Source: a virus
Taxonomy: Duplodnaviria; Caudoviricetes
Length of the DNA: 30,702 bases
Virus record (IMG/VR): IMGVR_UViG_3300037465_000354
Location: 1-30,702 of that record
Reading direction: 5' to 3' (one strand)
A program made the position numbers and the translations under genes. The notes under the pieces were generated by a model. It saw only the letters and a program-made list of their open reading frames with translations. It made no database searches and was not told the DNA's origin. Shown piece by piece: positions 1 through 6,419 of the stretch. Each line of letters begins with the position of its first letter. Within the stretch, counting starts at the first letter, position 1.

Positions 1-21
1 GTACTGGAGCGCGCGGAGCCC

Positions 22-315
22 TCAGGATCCGACCCTCCCCCCTGCTCGGCGTTCGTTCTCGATCATCGCGTGATGCGAGCGGCAGAGCACGCGCATGAGC
101 ACGTGGTCGACCGTGAGGTCACGACTCGTGCAGCCGACCACCGAGCACCACGGCTGGGCCGCGCGCAGGCGCCGGCTGGTCTCCGCCCAGTCGCCACGGT
201 AGATGTCGCGGCGGGGGTCGGCGTTGCGGCCGGACTCGTGGCGCGGGCAGCGGCTGCGGGCCGTCGGGACGCCGCACCGCTCACCGCGCTCGGGGCGGCC
301 GGGGCAGGGCCTCAC
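22..315 (-). CDS. HNH endonuclease (terminase-associated), short-loop variant
   Basis: GTG at 315 overlaps the upstream stop (GTGA). N-terminal C..C..CPRH; W..TSRRLR..QPWC..VGC...VDH..LCRSHH; last gene before the putative cos end. Confidence 0.8.
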   Translation of the reverse strand: MRPCPGRPERGERCGVPTARSRCPRHESGRNADPRRDIYRGDWAETSRRLRAAQPWCSVVGCTSRDLTVDHVLMRVLCRSHHAMIENERRAGGRVGS

Positions 316-545
316 GTCCGCGGGACCACCGTCGGCACGATGAGGCGCGGACCGCGCCGCGCGGCCAGCTGCTCGGGCAGCCCGGCCGCGAGCTTCGCGA
401 GGGCGCAGGCCTCCTGCCAGGTGAGGTCCTCGGGGACCTGAAGGGCAAAGGAGCGGCCCGTCGCGTCGAACGTGCCCTGCATTCCCGCCATGCGGACCTG
501 CCGGCTCTGCGTCTGCGCGATGGCCTGGTCGACGGGATCGCTCAC
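312..545 (-). CDS. Hypothetical protein (77 aa)
   Basis: GGAG upstream of GTG; high-GC3 codons; coupled to HNH. Confidence 0.7.
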   Translation of the reverse strand: MSDPVDQAIAQTQSRQVRMAGMQGTFDATGRSFALQVPEDLTWQEACALAKLAAGLPEQLAARRGPRLIVPTVVPRT

Positions 546-640
546 CGGGCAGGGGCTCCCGACTGGGGTGGCCCGGCGTCAGGGTCCGCTGCCGTGCGCC
601 CTCCATCGGTACGGGGCGCGGTCCTCATCGGTTACCTCTC

Positions 641-649
641 AGCATACCA
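641..649 (-). promoter_or_regulatory. Putative extended -10 promoter (TGG-TATGCT)
   Basis: TGn-TATGCT just downstream of ORF 657-1202; no consensus -35 at 17-18 bp. Confidence 0.35.
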
Positions 650-656
650 GCCCGGG

Positions 657-1202
657 TCAATGCACGACACGCTGCTCCCCGAACTCGTTCCACAGCCGCC
701 GCAGGGCCGCCTCGAGATAGACCTCGTACATCTCGGCGGCCCAGTGGCCGCGCTCGGCGACCCCGCGCCAGTCCCAGCCCGCGTGGGCCACGGCAACGAG
801 ATTGCGGGCCATCAGCGGCCAGCGGCGACCCAGTCGGGCCACGGCCGCGTGCATGGGGCGCACGAAGAAGCCGTCGGCGTCCACCTCGGACGGGCTGTTC
901 TCCAGGAACCGCCGGAACGGGTCGCGGTCGCGGGGTGTACCCAGCTTGCTGCCGCCCACCAGGTCAGCCTCCCAGCGGGGCGCTCCCGTGCGTGGGTCGA
1001 CCTCCTGGCGGCCATGCCAGACGTCGTCGCCGCCGGCCTGGATGGCGTCGGGGACCTCGAGTTCCCACTGCTCGGCCATCCAGCGCAGGAGCCCGGGGAG
1101 GTCCCTGGGCATCCTCCCGCGCTCCATGCGCCGCTCGAGGCTGCGCTCGTGCTCGCGCTCGTAGGGCGTGTCATGGCGCGGGCGGGTCGGCACGTGGGGC
1201 AT
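657..1202 (-). CDS. Hypothetical protein, possible late transcription regulator (Q/ArpU/sigma4-like C-terminus)
   Basis: TGATG coupling to the holin. C-terminal helical segment WRGVAERGHW..YEVYLEAALRRL resembles sigma4-type HTH ends. Function is inferred. Confidence 0.55.
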   Translation of the reverse strand: MPHVPTRPRHDTPYEREHERSLERRMERGRMPRDLPGLLRWMAEQWELEVPDAIQAGGDDVWHGRQEVDPRTGAPRWEADLVGGSKLGTPRDRDPFRRFLENSPSEVDADGFFVRPMHAAVARLGRRWPLMARNLVAVAHAGWDWRGVAERGHWAAEMYEVYLEAALRRLWNEFGEQRVVH

Positions 1203-1489
1203 CAGGCCTGGCGCGCCGTGCGGATGGTCGAGTGGATGCCCACGGCGGCCGTCGCGCAGGTGAGCCAGGCGAGGAAGACGACGAGCGCCTCGTCGAGCGT
1301 GTCGGCGCCCGTGGCGATGCCCGCCAGGACGTACAGCGCCGCCGAGGCGGCGAAGGCCAAGAGCGCCCCGGAGACCGGCGGGTCGAAGACGCGCTTGAGC
1401 AGCTCGACGACCGAGGTCGTGATGGCCGCGGCGATGCCCGCCCCGGCAGCGGTGAGCAAGGCCGCGAAGGTGATGTCCTCGACGGGCAT
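1202..1489 (-). CDS. Putative holin (3 TM, 95 aa)
   Basis: AGGAGG RBS, ATG 1489; three hydrophobic stretches, VELLK motif after TM1, basic C-terminus. Confidence 0.7.
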   Translation of the reverse strand: MPVEDITFAALLTAAGAGIAAAITTSVVELLKRVFDPPVSGALLAFAASAALYVLAGIATGADTLDEALVVFLAWLTCATAAVGIHSTIRTARQA

Positions 1490-1497
1490 GGGTCCTC

Positions 1498-1986
1498 CTA
1501 GCAGGTGGTGACCGAGGCGACCAGGTCGCCGTAGGTCGTGTGCAGGTGGACGGCCGCGCTCATGCGCGACCCGACCTGCGCGTGATCCGAGGTCCTGATG
1601 GCGGCCACCGCATCGCCGAAGAGGAGGTAGGCCGTCCGGGACACGGCCCACAGGTCCGCCCAGCAGTCCTCGGGGACGTAGCGGTCCAGGACGGCGAGCC
1701 CGTCCGCGGCGAGCGACTGGAGCGCGTCGAGGTCGGCCTCGACGTTGGCCGCGTCGGTGGCGACGGCCTCGAGGTCGGGCGGGAAGGCGGCATGGTAGGC
1801 GAGCTGGCCGACACCCTCGCCGAGGTCCGCCACGGCCTCGCTGATGCCCGTGTTGAGCGGGGCCAGCTCGGCCATGGCGGCCGCGTAGCGCGACGCGCGC
1901 GGGTGCCGCCAGTCCTGCGCGGCCACGGGGGCGGCGACGAGGAGCAGGGCGAGGAGCGCACCGGCGACGCGCGGCAGGCAGCCCAC
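1498..1986 (-). CDS. Secreted helical protein of unknown function
   Basis: GGAGG RBS + GTG 1986; signal peptide RVAGALLALLLVAAPVAA|QDW; amphipathic helices; two Cys in the mature part. Confidence 0.75.
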   Translation of the reverse strand: MGCLPRVAGALLALLLVAAPVAAQDWRHPRASRYAAAMAELAPLNTGISEAVADLGEGVGQLAYHAAFPPDLEAVATDAANVEADLDALQSLAADGLAVLDRYVPEDCWADLWAVSRTAYLLFGDAVAAIRTSDHAQVGSRMSAAVHLHTTYGDLVASVTTC

Positions 1987-1987
1987 G

Positions 1988-2107
1988 TCAGGCGCCTCCC
2001 TCCTCGGGCTCGAGGTCGGACTCGATGACCGGGTCATCGTCCTCGGGATCGTCGGTCACGGGGTCGTCCTCACCCGGGTCCAGATCGAGCAGGTCCTCGT
2101 CGCTCAT
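1988..2107 (-). CDS. Highly acidic 39-aa peptide
   Basis: GAGG RBS + ATG 2107; MSDEDLLDLDPGEDDPVTDDPEDDDPVIESDLEPEEGGA fills the gap between neighbours exactly. Confidence 0.65.
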   Translation of the reverse strand: MSDEDLLDLDPGEDDPVTDDPEDDDPVIESDLEPEEGGA

Positions 2108-2108
2108 G

Positions 2109-2756
2109 TCACCTCTCCCTCGTCTCTCGGATGACGCACACCTTCGCCCGGCCCTTGCCCGCGGCGGGTTCGCCGAACGTCTCGGCCGCCCGCAGATACC
2201 GCAGAGCCCTGACCGTCTGCCAGCCCCGCGGGATGCCAGGCCGTCGTCCGTCGTGGAGCGGGTCGCCCAGGCGCGTCCAGCCATCCTCGAGGCCCCACAG
2301 CACGACGTAATGGCCGCCACGGAAGCTCGAGGACCCGGACAGCCCGGGCATGAGGTCGTTCACGGCCCCGTAATCGACGCCGAGGATGATCGCGGCCCCG
2401 CGGCGCAGGTGCTCGAGCACGATGCCGTGGGGCAGGACGAGGTAGCTGGTACTCGCCGGAGTGCGCCCCACGGCGAGGTAGGCGCCGTCGACGAGCCGTG
2501 ACTCGGCGGCCTGCTCATGGTTCGGCAGGCTCGTGGCCGGCCACCAGGGCGGCGGGGTCATCTGCAGGCGCAGGGCGGCGATCCAGCTGCCGAGCCGCTC
2601 GCGGGGCACGCGCAGGGCCGGGCCGCTCACGAGCTGGAGAGCCATGACGAGAGAGCAGGGGCCACAGTCGGTCGTGGCGGTCCGGCTTCCGCTCTGGAGC
2701 TGCTTGGCGTGGGGGACTCGTCGACCGCCAGGCCACTGGACGACGGGCGGGATCAC
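2109..2756 (-). CDS. C39-like papain-fold cysteine peptidase, putative lysin
   Basis: Motifs KQL..DCGPCSLVMAL, GGHYVVLWG and LGDPL give the Q-C-H-D catalytic set; flanked by holin-like genes. Confidence 0.8.
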   Translation of the reverse strand: MIPPVVQWPGGRRVPHAKQLQSGSRTATTDCGPCSLVMALQLVSGPALRVPRERLGSWIAALRLQMTPPPWWPATSLPNHEQAAESRLVDGAYLAVGRTPASTSYLVLPHGIVLEHLRRGAAIILGVDYGAVNDLMPGLSGSSSFRGGHYVVLWGLEDGWTRLGDPLHDGRRPGIPRGWQTVRALRYLRAAETFGEPAAGKGRAKVCVIRETRER

Positions 2757-2962
2757 GGCCTGCGCATCCAGGGCGCATCGACCGCGAGCAGGCCCATGGC
2801 CGCGAGGAGGAGCGGCACGAGCACGGCCGGCTCGACGTGATAGCTGTCGAGGACGAGGTCGCCTAGCACGATCGCGCCGACCACGCCAATGAGCAGTCCT
2901 GCGTATCGCTGGCGCGCGACTCGGTAGCTGCCCGGATCACGCCCATCACCGTTGCTTGCCAC
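2753..2962 (-). CDS. Small 2-TM membrane protein, holin-like
   Basis: Hydrophobic YAGLLIGVVGAIVLGDLVL and AVLVPLLLAAMGLLAV; stop overlaps the peptidase start; start uncertain (2962 or 2992). Confidence 0.65.
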   Translation of the reverse strand: MASNGDGRDPGSYRVARQRYAGLLIGVVGAIVLGDLVLDSYHVEPAVLVPLLLAAMGLLAVDAPWMRRP

Positions 2963-3095
2963 GGCCGCGCGGAAGGCCGGGGAGCCAGCCACGGTCCCAG
3001 AGCGGGGGGAGGAGCCAGGCGCCGGTCACCATGCCCGCCGCGAACCAGGCGACGGCCCAGAGCAGGGCCTCGAGGAGGTCGAGGACGATCACCAT
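2946..3095 (-). CDS. Small membrane protein (49 aa)
   Basis: MVIVLDLLEALLWAVAWFAAGMVTGAWLLPPLW... with a basic tail; no clear SD. Confidence 0.55.
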   Translation of the reverse strand: MVIVLDLLEALLWAVAWFAAGMVTGAWLLPPLWDRGWLPGLPRGRGKQR

Positions 3096-3107
3096 CGGGG
3101 GGCGCCA

Positions 3108-3170
3108 GGTCGGCCGCAGCAGAGGAGGGGTGCTGCGACCGACCATGCATGACCTGGGTATGCGGTCATG
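3108..3170 (-). promoter_or_regulatory. Two tandem hairpins in the leader of the lysis region
   Basis: 14-bp stem 3108-3121/3131-3144 (one G-U on the minus strand, loop CCCCUCCUC) and 7-bp stem 3148-3154/3164-3170. Confidence 0.6.
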
Positions 3171-3177
3171 GTGCACG

Positions 3178-3207
3178 AGCATAACCGCCCGCCGACCGGT
3201 TTGTCCA
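3178..3207 (-). promoter_or_regulatory. Putative promoter TGGACA-N18-TATGCT for lysis genes
   Basis: Intergenic; same -35 context (CGTGGACA) and spacing as the site at 30579-30608. Confidence 0.5.
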
Positions 3208-3294
3208 CGGTCTCGTCCACATTCCCCGTCGTGACCGGCGGTGGCGACCGCTCCGGAGGGAAGGGGGATCGAGCCCTTATGGGTCGTCGAGGGG

Positions 3295-4086
3295 TCAGGG
3301 AGCGATCGTCGCTCCGAGCAGCCTGCCTGCGGTCCGGCGCATGGGCGCGTCCGTGCGCCAGTCCACGGTGGACATGCGCACGTCGAAGTACATGGCCGCG
3401 TCCACGCCCTCCACGTCGCCCAGCGTGGCCAGCCAGGCGGCACGGTCCGCGGGGTGCCCGACCTCGATGCCGAACTCCCCGACCATGACGGGCTTGCCCG
3501 GGGCGAGGGCGGACATGAGCGCGAGGTTCTCGGCCCACACCCTGGGCAGCGGCGTGGCGGGGTGCTTCCGCCGCACGTAGCGGTCCCAGCCCACGATGTC
3601 CACCGTGTCGAGCGGCGGGAGGTAGCGGGCCCATAGGTCGCGGTGGCGGTCCGTGTGGCCCTGTGGGCACCAGAGCATGCGGCCGCCGACGCGGGCCCTC
3701 GCGTAGACCCAGGCGTCGATGTATCGCTCGGGCGGATGGCCGGCCCAGGGCGCCTCCCAGCCCGGCAGCATCTCGTGGTCGAGGCGGACGATGAGCCGCG
3801 GGTCGTCGAGCGTGGCGAGGATGTGGTCGAGCCGGCCGGACAGGAGCCCGCGGTAGCCGTCGCGAGCGTGCTCACCGGACTCGAGGTAGACCATGACCTC
3901 AGCGCCGTGGTCCTGGAGCCCGCGCCTGGTGAGGCCGTCGAGCGGCTGCCCGTCGTGGACCCACACCGCGGCGAGCCCGGGGTACGCGCCCACGCGCTCG
4001 GCCCAGCGATCGTAGGCCGCGAGGATGACCTCGGGCGTGCCGTCGTAGGCCTCGATGAGCGCCACGCCGAGGCGAGCGGCGGTCAT
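3295..4086 (-). CDS. GH26-like glycoside hydrolase (clan A TIM barrel)
   Basis: RLDHEM..W..PW (acid/base Glu), YLP..DTVDIVGWDRY, KPVMVGEFG (nucleophile Glu); ATG 4086 overlaps the HTH_17 stop; no signal peptide. Confidence 0.85.
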   Translation of the reverse strand: MTAARLGVALIEAYDGTPEVILAAYDRWAERVGAYPGLAAVWVHDGQPLDGLTRRGLQDHGAEVMVYLESGEHARDGYRGLLSGRLDHILATLDDPRLIVRLDHEMLPGWEAPWAGHPPERYIDAWVYARARVGGRMLWCPQGHTDRHRDLWARYLPPLDTVDIVGWDRYVRRKHPATPLPRVWAENLALMSALAPGKPVMVGEFGIEVGHPADRAAWLATLGDVEGVDAAMYFDVRMSTVDWRTDAPMRRTAGRLLGATIAP

Positions 4087-4283
4087 GGTCGGCTCGAGCG
4101 TGGTCGGGGCGAAGGCGGGGCCATACCCCGGCGACGATGCCTCTCCGCGTACCTGCGGACCTCTGACGGCGTGACCCACCAGTCGCGCCCGCGCTTCTCG
4201 GCCCTCAGCGCCCCGTAGCGGATCTGCGAGCGCAGCGTGTCGGGATGGACCCCGAGCGTGGCTGCGGCCTCCCTGAGGGTCAT
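4083..4283 (-). CDS. HTH_17 / excisionase-MerR-like DNA-binding protein
   Basis: MTLREAAATLGVHPDTLRSQIRYGALRAEKRGRDWWVTPSEVRRY. Confidence 0.85.
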   Translation of the reverse strand: MTLREAAATLGVHPDTLRSQIRYGALRAEKRGRDWWVTPSEVRRYAERHRRRGMAPPSPRPRSSRP

Positions 4284-4519
4284 GCGAGTGCGAGCCGCCG
4301 TCGCCACTCGGCGAGCCGGACATGCGCCGCGTACTCGGTGGGCGCCGTGTCGACCACCACCGGGCGATCCCATCCACGTGCCCACCCGACGACTGCCCAG
4401 CCGCGGCGATGGGGCTCGACGGAGAGTGAGCCACCTGCTGCGGCGATGAGTCCGAGCTTGCTGGTCATCCTGGGGGTCCTCCTTTTCGCATCCGTCCGTG
4501 TGGCCTTGTGGCTGTTCAT
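4280..4519 (-). CDS. Hypothetical protein (79 aa; alternative start at 4468)
   Basis: Two in-frame ATGs, each preceded by GGAGG; ATGA coupling to HTH_17. Confidence 0.65.
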   Translation of the reverse strand: MNSHKATRTDAKRRTPRMTSKLGLIAAAGGSLSVEPHRRGWAVVGWARGWDRPVVVDTAPTEYAAHVRLAEWRRRLALA

Positions 4520-4545
4520 CGCGAGCCTCCCTGATCTGTGACCAC

Positions 4546-4574
4546 ACTTTACACCCTAGCGTGCAAGATGTCAA
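4546..4574 (-). promoter_or_regulatory. Sigma70-type promoter TTGACA-N17-TAAAGT
   Basis: Consensus -35 at 4569-4574 and -10 at 4546-4551 in an AT-richer patch upstream of an RBS. Confidence 0.8.
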
Positions 4575-4819
4575 GAGGGTTCACGCGATTTCTCTGCCAT
4601 GTGCCCTTCCAGGCGGCCGCTCCCGCTGACGGTCGCGCGAGCGGCGCCTGCGCTGTGCCGCCCCGGACATGAGCGACAGGCCCCGACGAGCGGCGCGACC
4701 ATGGCGCCCACGCGGTCGGCGTAGTGGTGGCGGTCCGGTCGCGGGCCGGCGCCCCAGGCGGGGCCATGGTCGATGTCGCGGGGAGGGTGGTGGGGTGAGC
4801 GGATGCGGGACGTGCTCAT
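4571..4819 (-). CDS. Possible hypothetical protein (82 aa)
   Basis: ATGA-coupled to the upstream ORF; no recognisable motif. Confidence 0.3.
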   Translation of the reverse strand: MSTSRIRSPHHPPRDIDHGPAWGAGPRPDRHHYADRVGAMVAPLVGACRSCPGRHSAGAARATVSGSGRLEGHMAEKSREPS

Positions 4820-4983
4820 CGCCAGTGTGCCTCCATGAGTCGCGGGTCGTCGGTGGCGGACAGCCAGTCGGTGTCCTCGTCGTCGGCCTCGGCCCACACG
4901 CGACGCAGGGCCAGCAACTCGCGGATGTGGCGGGCGAGGATGGCGAGCGCGAGGGCCAGGGCGAGGAGGGCGAGGGGCCTCAC
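4816..4983 (-). CDS. Small membrane-anchored protein (55 aa)
   Basis: GTGA coupling; N-terminal LALLALALALAILA followed by an acidic tail. Confidence 0.55.
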   Translation of the reverse strand: MRPLALLALALALAILARHIRELLALRRVWAEADDEDTDWLSATDDPRLMEAHWR

Positions 4984-5702
4984 AGCGCCTCCCGCCACGG
5001 GCCGTACAGGGCCTCGAAGTGCTCCGCGCTGATGAGGTCACGGACGACGAGCGCTCCTGCCGCATCCCCTGCCGCATCCCGGGCCGCGGCCCACGCCGCA
5101 GCCCGAGTCGCATCCAGGGCCGCACCCCGAGCCGCACCCCGAGCCGCACCCCAGGCCGCGGTCCGGGCCGCGGTCCGCGCCGCATCCCGGACCGCACCCC
5201 AGGCCGCAGCCGACCTCTCGATCTCGTCCGCGGTCAGCTCTCCCGCGCGCTCGATGAGTGCCGCGACCTCCTGGCCCTGTGGGCCGAGGAGACGCCACGC
5301 GGGCAGCTCCTCGATGACGCGCAGAGCCGACACGGCCCGCTTGCTCGGAAAATCTGTCAGGCGAGTCATGATCCGTCCCACCGGCTCCACGCGGAACAGG
5401 CGCGCGGGCCATGCGAAGCCCGTGCAGTCCGTCTCGGACACGGAGATGGAGATGTACGTGGCCGGCTCGTCACGGACGAGTCGCTGGGGCTCGATGGTGA
5501 GGAGGGACGCGGGATCCACCGTGACCATGCGGCGACCACGCCTCACGCGCAGGGTCGCAAACCCATAGGCCTCCGATATGTGTGTCATGATGCGCGCCCC
5601 CGGATGCCGGATGATCGCACCCGTGCCACACACGGCGGCGTAGTCGATGGAGCCAGAGTGGAAGTCCCGGCCGTCCGGCCGGGTGGCCTTGTAGCAGGTC
5701 AT
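4980..5702 (-). CDS. Phage protein with Ala-rich AAW/AAR/DAA tetrapeptide repeats
   Basis: YKATRPDG N-terminus, WPARLFRVEPVG, GPQG.EV..LIER, then (AAxx)n and a YGPW end; an architecture seen in high-GC phages. Confidence 0.8.
   Translation of the reverse strand: MTCYKATRPDGRDFHSGSIDYAAVCGTGAIIRHPGARIMTHISEAYGFATLRVRRGRRMVTVDPASLLTIEPQRLVRDEPATYISISVSETDCTGFAWPARLFRVEPVGRIMTRLTDFPSKRAVSALRVIEELPAWRLLGPQGQEVAALIERAGELTADEIERSAAAWGAVRDAARTAARTAAWGAARGAARGAALDATRAAAWAAARDAAGDAAGALVVRDLISAEHFEALYGPWREAL
5058..5208. repeat. 12-bp-period degenerate tandem repeat (gccgcaccccga-like)
   Basis: About 12 units encoding the AAxx repeats. Confidence 0.8.
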
Positions 5703-5733
5703 CCGGGTCCCGCGGCTCGCATCGTCTGAGGGG

Positions 5734-6210
5734 TCATGTCTGGCCTCCTTCGTGAGTGTCGACCCAGGTCACCGCGAGGGCGAGGGCCTGCCAGATGTCC
5801 CGCCTGACGCCGAACAGCGGCCCGGGAGCGGCTTTGACGCCCACGGCGGCCCGTTTCCCGCCAGCGCCGCCGTAGCGGTCCACGAGGGCGCTGATGACGT
5901 TGGAGTCCCGCGCCGCCGTGGTGCCGCACAGGTGGCGCTTCACGGCGCTCCGGGCGAGCCGCTCGACGGGCAGCGGGTGGGCGGCCTCGGCGAACCTGCC
6001 GGCCCACCAGAGCGTCTCGAAGAGCTGCTCACTGGCGGGCATACCGCGGGGCGTCGTCCACTCGATGACGAGGCGGTCTCCCCACGGGGTGAGGCGCAGG
6101 CTGCGCAGGAGGTCGTCGTTCGGTTGCAGGCCGAAGCGCACCGGCACGCCGCTCTCGAGCAGGACCCACGCGGACCGCTCGGAGCCCGGGTCGATGGCGA
6201 GGATGCTCAT
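5734..6210 (-). CDS. RuvC-like Holliday junction resolvase
   Basis: MSILAIDPG, LVIE, VKRHLCG...D, DIWQALALA; ATG 6210 coupled to the upstream stop. Confidence 0.8.
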   Translation of the reverse strand: MSILAIDPGSERSAWVLLESGVPVRFGLQPNDDLLRSLRLTPWGDRLVIEWTTPRGMPASEQLFETLWWAGRFAEAAHPLPVERLARSAVKRHLCGTTAARDSNVISALVDRYGGAGGKRAAVGVKAAPGPLFGVRRDIWQALALAVTWVDTHEGGQT

Positions 6211-6419
6211 GCCACCACCCCCACCGGTCCGCTCTCCAGCCCCGGCCGGCGGTGGAAGCACCGCGGCATGAGCCTGCGGTGCTCATCCACGAGCTGGGCG
6301 CGCACCTCGTCGAGCGTGTCGCCCACCGCGAGGGCCGAGCCGCAGGCGCAGCGCAGCGACCACAGGGGCTTGCGGCGCTCGGTCCCGGGGCGCAGGAGCA
6401 GGAAGCGGGCGGGGGTCAT
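6207..6419 (-). CDS. Small possible Zn-binding protein (70 aa)
   Basis: ATGA coupling at both ends; CAC..H..C.H. Confidence 0.55.
   Translation of the reverse strand: MTPARFLLLRPGTERRKPLWSLRCACGSALAVGDTLDEVRAQLVDEHRRLMPRCFHRRPGLESGPVGVVA

Noticed and set aside
3201-3221. Two DnaA-box-like 9-mers (TTGTCCACG, TCGTCCACA)
   Set aside because: Each has a mismatch, there are only two, and one coincides with the putative -35
4083-4283. HTH_17 as evidence of an integration/excision system
   Set aside because: No recombinase or att-like site recognised; this family includes many plain regulators
4446-4541. Plus-strand 31-aa hydrophobic peptide (type I toxin-like) antisense to the 4546 promoter transcript
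   Set aside because: No SD or plus-strand promoter; hydrophobicity is expected from the complement of a purine-rich region
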